Part shown: positions 63,301 to 64,000 of the stretch, piece after piece | Position numbering within the stretch: the stretch's first letter is position 1 | How the letters are laid out: the number at the start of each line of letters is the position of its first letter | Virus record (IMG/VR): IMGVR_UViG_3300034374_009547 | Strand: one strand, 5' to 3' | Length of the DNA stretch: 64,000 nt | From: a virus | Lineage: Duplodnaviria > Caudoviricetes | Program-made: the position numbers and the translations under genes | The notes under the pieces: generated by a model | What the model saw: the letters and a program-made list of their open reading frames with translations, nothing else | Told to the model about the DNA's origin: nothing | Database searches by the model: none

Positions 63301-63999
63301 CGCAATAGTATATGAAGTATTTCCATTGACACTCATAACTGCAAGTTTGTTGCCAAAGAAATCTACTTTTACACCAAACTCTTCATTTTTCTCACCATCA
63401 GGAGAAAATAACTCTTGATCCAATACAAATTCTGTGTTATTATATTTGTAGACATATACTTTACCATTATTAATACCGGTGTCGTCTGCTTTAATTGCTC
63501 CTATTGCAACTTTTGATCCGTCATCACTAATTGCAATACTTGCTCCAAATAAAATATCATCTAACGGTGCATCTAAGTTTTGTGACCAAACAAATCTATT
63601 ATTAGCATATCTATAAACACTTACACGATATTCTGTAGCAGCAGTAATGTATCCGCCGATTACTAAAACATCTCCGTTTCTACTTACATCAAAATTTCTA
63701 CCAACAGCAGTTGCTAAATCAAACTCACTACTATCTTCATCTAATAAGTCTCCGTCGCCTGCACTAGGAATGTATCCTAAATAATCTATTCCTGCGCTAA
63801 GTAAAGTCCATTGACTAGAATTAAACGGATCACCTGCTAATACCGTTGTGTTTGCTTGATACAAATCACCATCATAATATACAATTTCATTTTCTATATA
63901 TTTTGATATGGTTAACCATTCACCTTTGTAGTTTTTATCTTTTGTGAATTTAATTTTATTATAATCATCTTCTTTGTTTTCTGTAAAATAAACTCTACC
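57319..63999 (-). CDS. Very large virion (baseplate-wedge-like) protein, 5'-truncated; FG-GAP-like propeller blades near the visible N-terminus
   Basis: Frame has no stop from 57322 to the window end (>2,220 aa). FGASIAISDDGSKVAIGA and FGVKVDFFGNKLAV blades; repeated FTGNGGQT/YVGDGST-type beta domains. Confidence 0.75.
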   Translation of the reverse strand, partial: GRVYFTENKEDDYNKIKFTKDKNYKGEWLTISKYIENEIVYYDGDLYQANTTVLAGDPFNSSQWTLLSAGIDYLGYIPSAGDGDLLDEDSSEFDLATAVGRNFDVSRNGDVLVIGGYITAATEYRVSVYRYANNRFVWSQNLDAPLDDILFGASIAISDDGSKVAIGAIKADDTGINNGKVYVYKYNNTEFVLDQELFSPDGEKNEEFGVKVDFFGNKLAVMSVNGNTSYTIAFDSNLTYFDNKATELTDVEYDTGQIYVFEPLNNKLVYAEKMRYANNFADARNPFVTFVDNHYYLSAPFAENTTKRGFVTDFRSERGANAWMTNSVGENYVNIDKIRGVYLYDKITSDLITYLDVLDPIQGRIAGPAEQELSYKTYYDPATYNVGLITDSNIWDSTQVGKLWWDLSTVKWFNPYQGNIEYKSNTWNKVIPGFEVDVYEWIQSDLLPSEWDEIADTVEGLANNISGQSKYSDSQYTTTKVYDPVSQTFSNQYFYWVKNKKVTPDVESRKISAQSVSQLISDPAGNGYRFALLLDQNKISLHNVRSLIKDTDTILHVNYNAIEDALDYNIHTEYKLLTEGLASSKPSDNTVRKWVDSLVGYDAQQNQIPSLDVSVGRRYGILDSPLQSMFVNKTEALKQIVERVNNVFSNNLIVDEFDISPLFSIDAAPSKFSGAWDTKVASENLLRFVGTAKITQAKLTPTIVDGVITAVTITNKGRGYIDPNYTTGARKGPVVEIVGTGENAELQTYINEIGQITSVEVVNGGKNYLDTTTLVVRPFSVLVENDSTISGFWSVYSWNSSTRDWFRQYIQSYDVTRYWQYIDWYATGYNATTAIDEVVPGAYALSSLNNRIGSVVKIENIGSGGWLLLEKIDNQAEVDYTVNYKTIGRQNGTIQISQLLYNNQTSGFDNQVYDAVLYDREPINETRIIMYALRDNIFVDQLEVEWNKLFFSSVRYALAEQPSIDWIFKTSLVTAKHNVGELEQKITYQNDNLPNYQDYVNEVKPFSTKVREYISSYEKVDPTRTTITDFDVPPRYDADKGKIITDLVKVINNQIVFYDNEITTYPQKHWLDNAGYEITKFVISNAGNLYTDTANVIVSGGGGPTLTGYARVGGGKITLIDVNTTGAKYYSAPTVEINGSVEEGGSSAKAYAIIGNGVSRRTHMLVKFDRITGNYLFSTLDETQTFTGNGGQTEFSTKWPMSTKKADTKIFVNNEQLLTNDYVVSNTLDTSKGYDRYLGKITFTNAPVDTSTIVVEYKKSTNLLHAVDRINYFYNPKTGMLGKDLSQLMDGIDYGGVQLDSVDFGTDRGFEASPFGLDFDTFDTTFEDEIITLDGSTQVVELANVLESNVQYNVYLNNVRIDDPNFDGSSATANPNAKMVTITGDGISNTVFLDSDYVTTAANDILIVRKSTSDGSFTPETTAYDVSLQGGNFEYTTANGIDAGDIVVDGDGFVTETTSKGPEEQVPGQVLDTMDLQVYNVVNDGQGVISVKTHITDGSTIEYDFVKYPQADTSMIVKLNNYVMDSNDYTIDWETATIRLADSSAWEANALLSILTIGANGKNIIDTDQYIAVDNTTRLVPTNVKFVNDMSGFVTLNGTLQFTTDPANYSLQKDADGFCVIEFPVPLQTGDIVNYTLYEGETNQYSQLLVDQTFVSDGVNRVHRFTTDPMVPLPGVAMPLSHRILVSVDNKFLNPGYKTRHTLTTERAYPIDLWQFEDPTQIRNSDVFAYVNDQKLGPQDYLYDPINGRVQLLSNTVGLAGQVLDIYVVRDAEYYFVDTVVTITNGDAINNYEQGDVVEFATTDDSTTQVATVETFTRNGSEVKIKLQGYLRDLIQIKSLDDTPPVIASSLVDSTQVVISKIECVESDNLTLDQVPAAGSDVNIYVFSNHDINDIRRNTYDVVYYTTHAPVGSDEYIEKNSLSRGYIKLEKTAVSAEYVWVLRNGILQTPNIDYKLTPGLDAVQLMRKPGGTETIEVIQFAAIVSKPKFAYRIFKDMLNRTHYKRISNSNSYELNQPLNYYDNSIVLTDATGIQEPNRSIGLPGVIWVDKERIEYYSVTGNVLRQIRRGTLGTGTPNIIPKGTTVYGQGIEENIPYKDATYTTKYVGDGSTHQFVLDFVTDTINSFDVFVGGRRLRKNSISVFNQTLDQDSPDADETVPAEFSVEVVSVDGTLQTVLTLADIPADGINIQIVRKTGKVWSDTDKSLVDSNNQIANFIKKSTISYPR

Positions 64000-64000
64000 A

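Noticed and set aside
334-63418. Numerous 60-118 aa ORFs antisense or out of frame to long genes
   Set aside because: Each lies fully inside a motif-bearing CDS, with no SD or promoter and no recognisable motifs; treated as shadow ORFs.
1-64000. Stop-codon reassignment, as in some jumbo phages
   Set aside because: TAA, TAG and TGA all end genes that abut or overlap the next start; long ORFs are intact in code 11.
1-64000. Bacterial chromosome island or eukaryotic giant virus as the source
   Set aside because: No housekeeping genes. Sigma70 promoters, SD motifs, T4-late-like boxes, tail-collar and fibre genes point to a tailed bacteriophage.

Overview
This window is a gene-dense, AT-rich segment of a large tailed (T4-like/jumbo) bacteriophage genome in standard genetic code. 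Virion structural genes lie at both ends: a fibre-like gene and a subtilase at 2-4358, and fibres, baseplate-like proteins and a >2,200-aa protein at 49089-64000. Between them is a ~44-kb (4355-48692), mostly minus-strand, translationally coupled biosynthetic island. It holds 20 radical SAM genes (14 with an N-terminal Twitch-type Cys cluster, 4 with a CxxxCPxCxR-type motif plus C-terminal Cys cluster, 2 MoaA/viperin-like) and 5 SGNH-like proteins. It also holds 4 methyltransferase-like proteins, 4 glycosyltransferase-like proteins, 2 QueC-like PP-loop enzymes, 2 nitroreductases, and one each of an asparagine-synthase-like amidotransferase, PLP enzyme, SDR, 2OG-Fe oxygenase, adenylating enzyme and possible GNAT. 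A second fibre gene sits inside the island. Best inference: a phage-encoded radical-chemistry assembly line that builds or tailors a glycan or other post-translational decoration of the virion; DNA hypermodification or a diffusible metabolite are the alternatives. Two promoter classes are visible: consensus sigma70 promoters (four placed to give leaderless mRNAs) and T4-late-like ATAAATA boxes. No rRNA, tRNA, CRISPR array, integrase or transposase was recognised. All family calls come from motifs read by eye, not from database searches.
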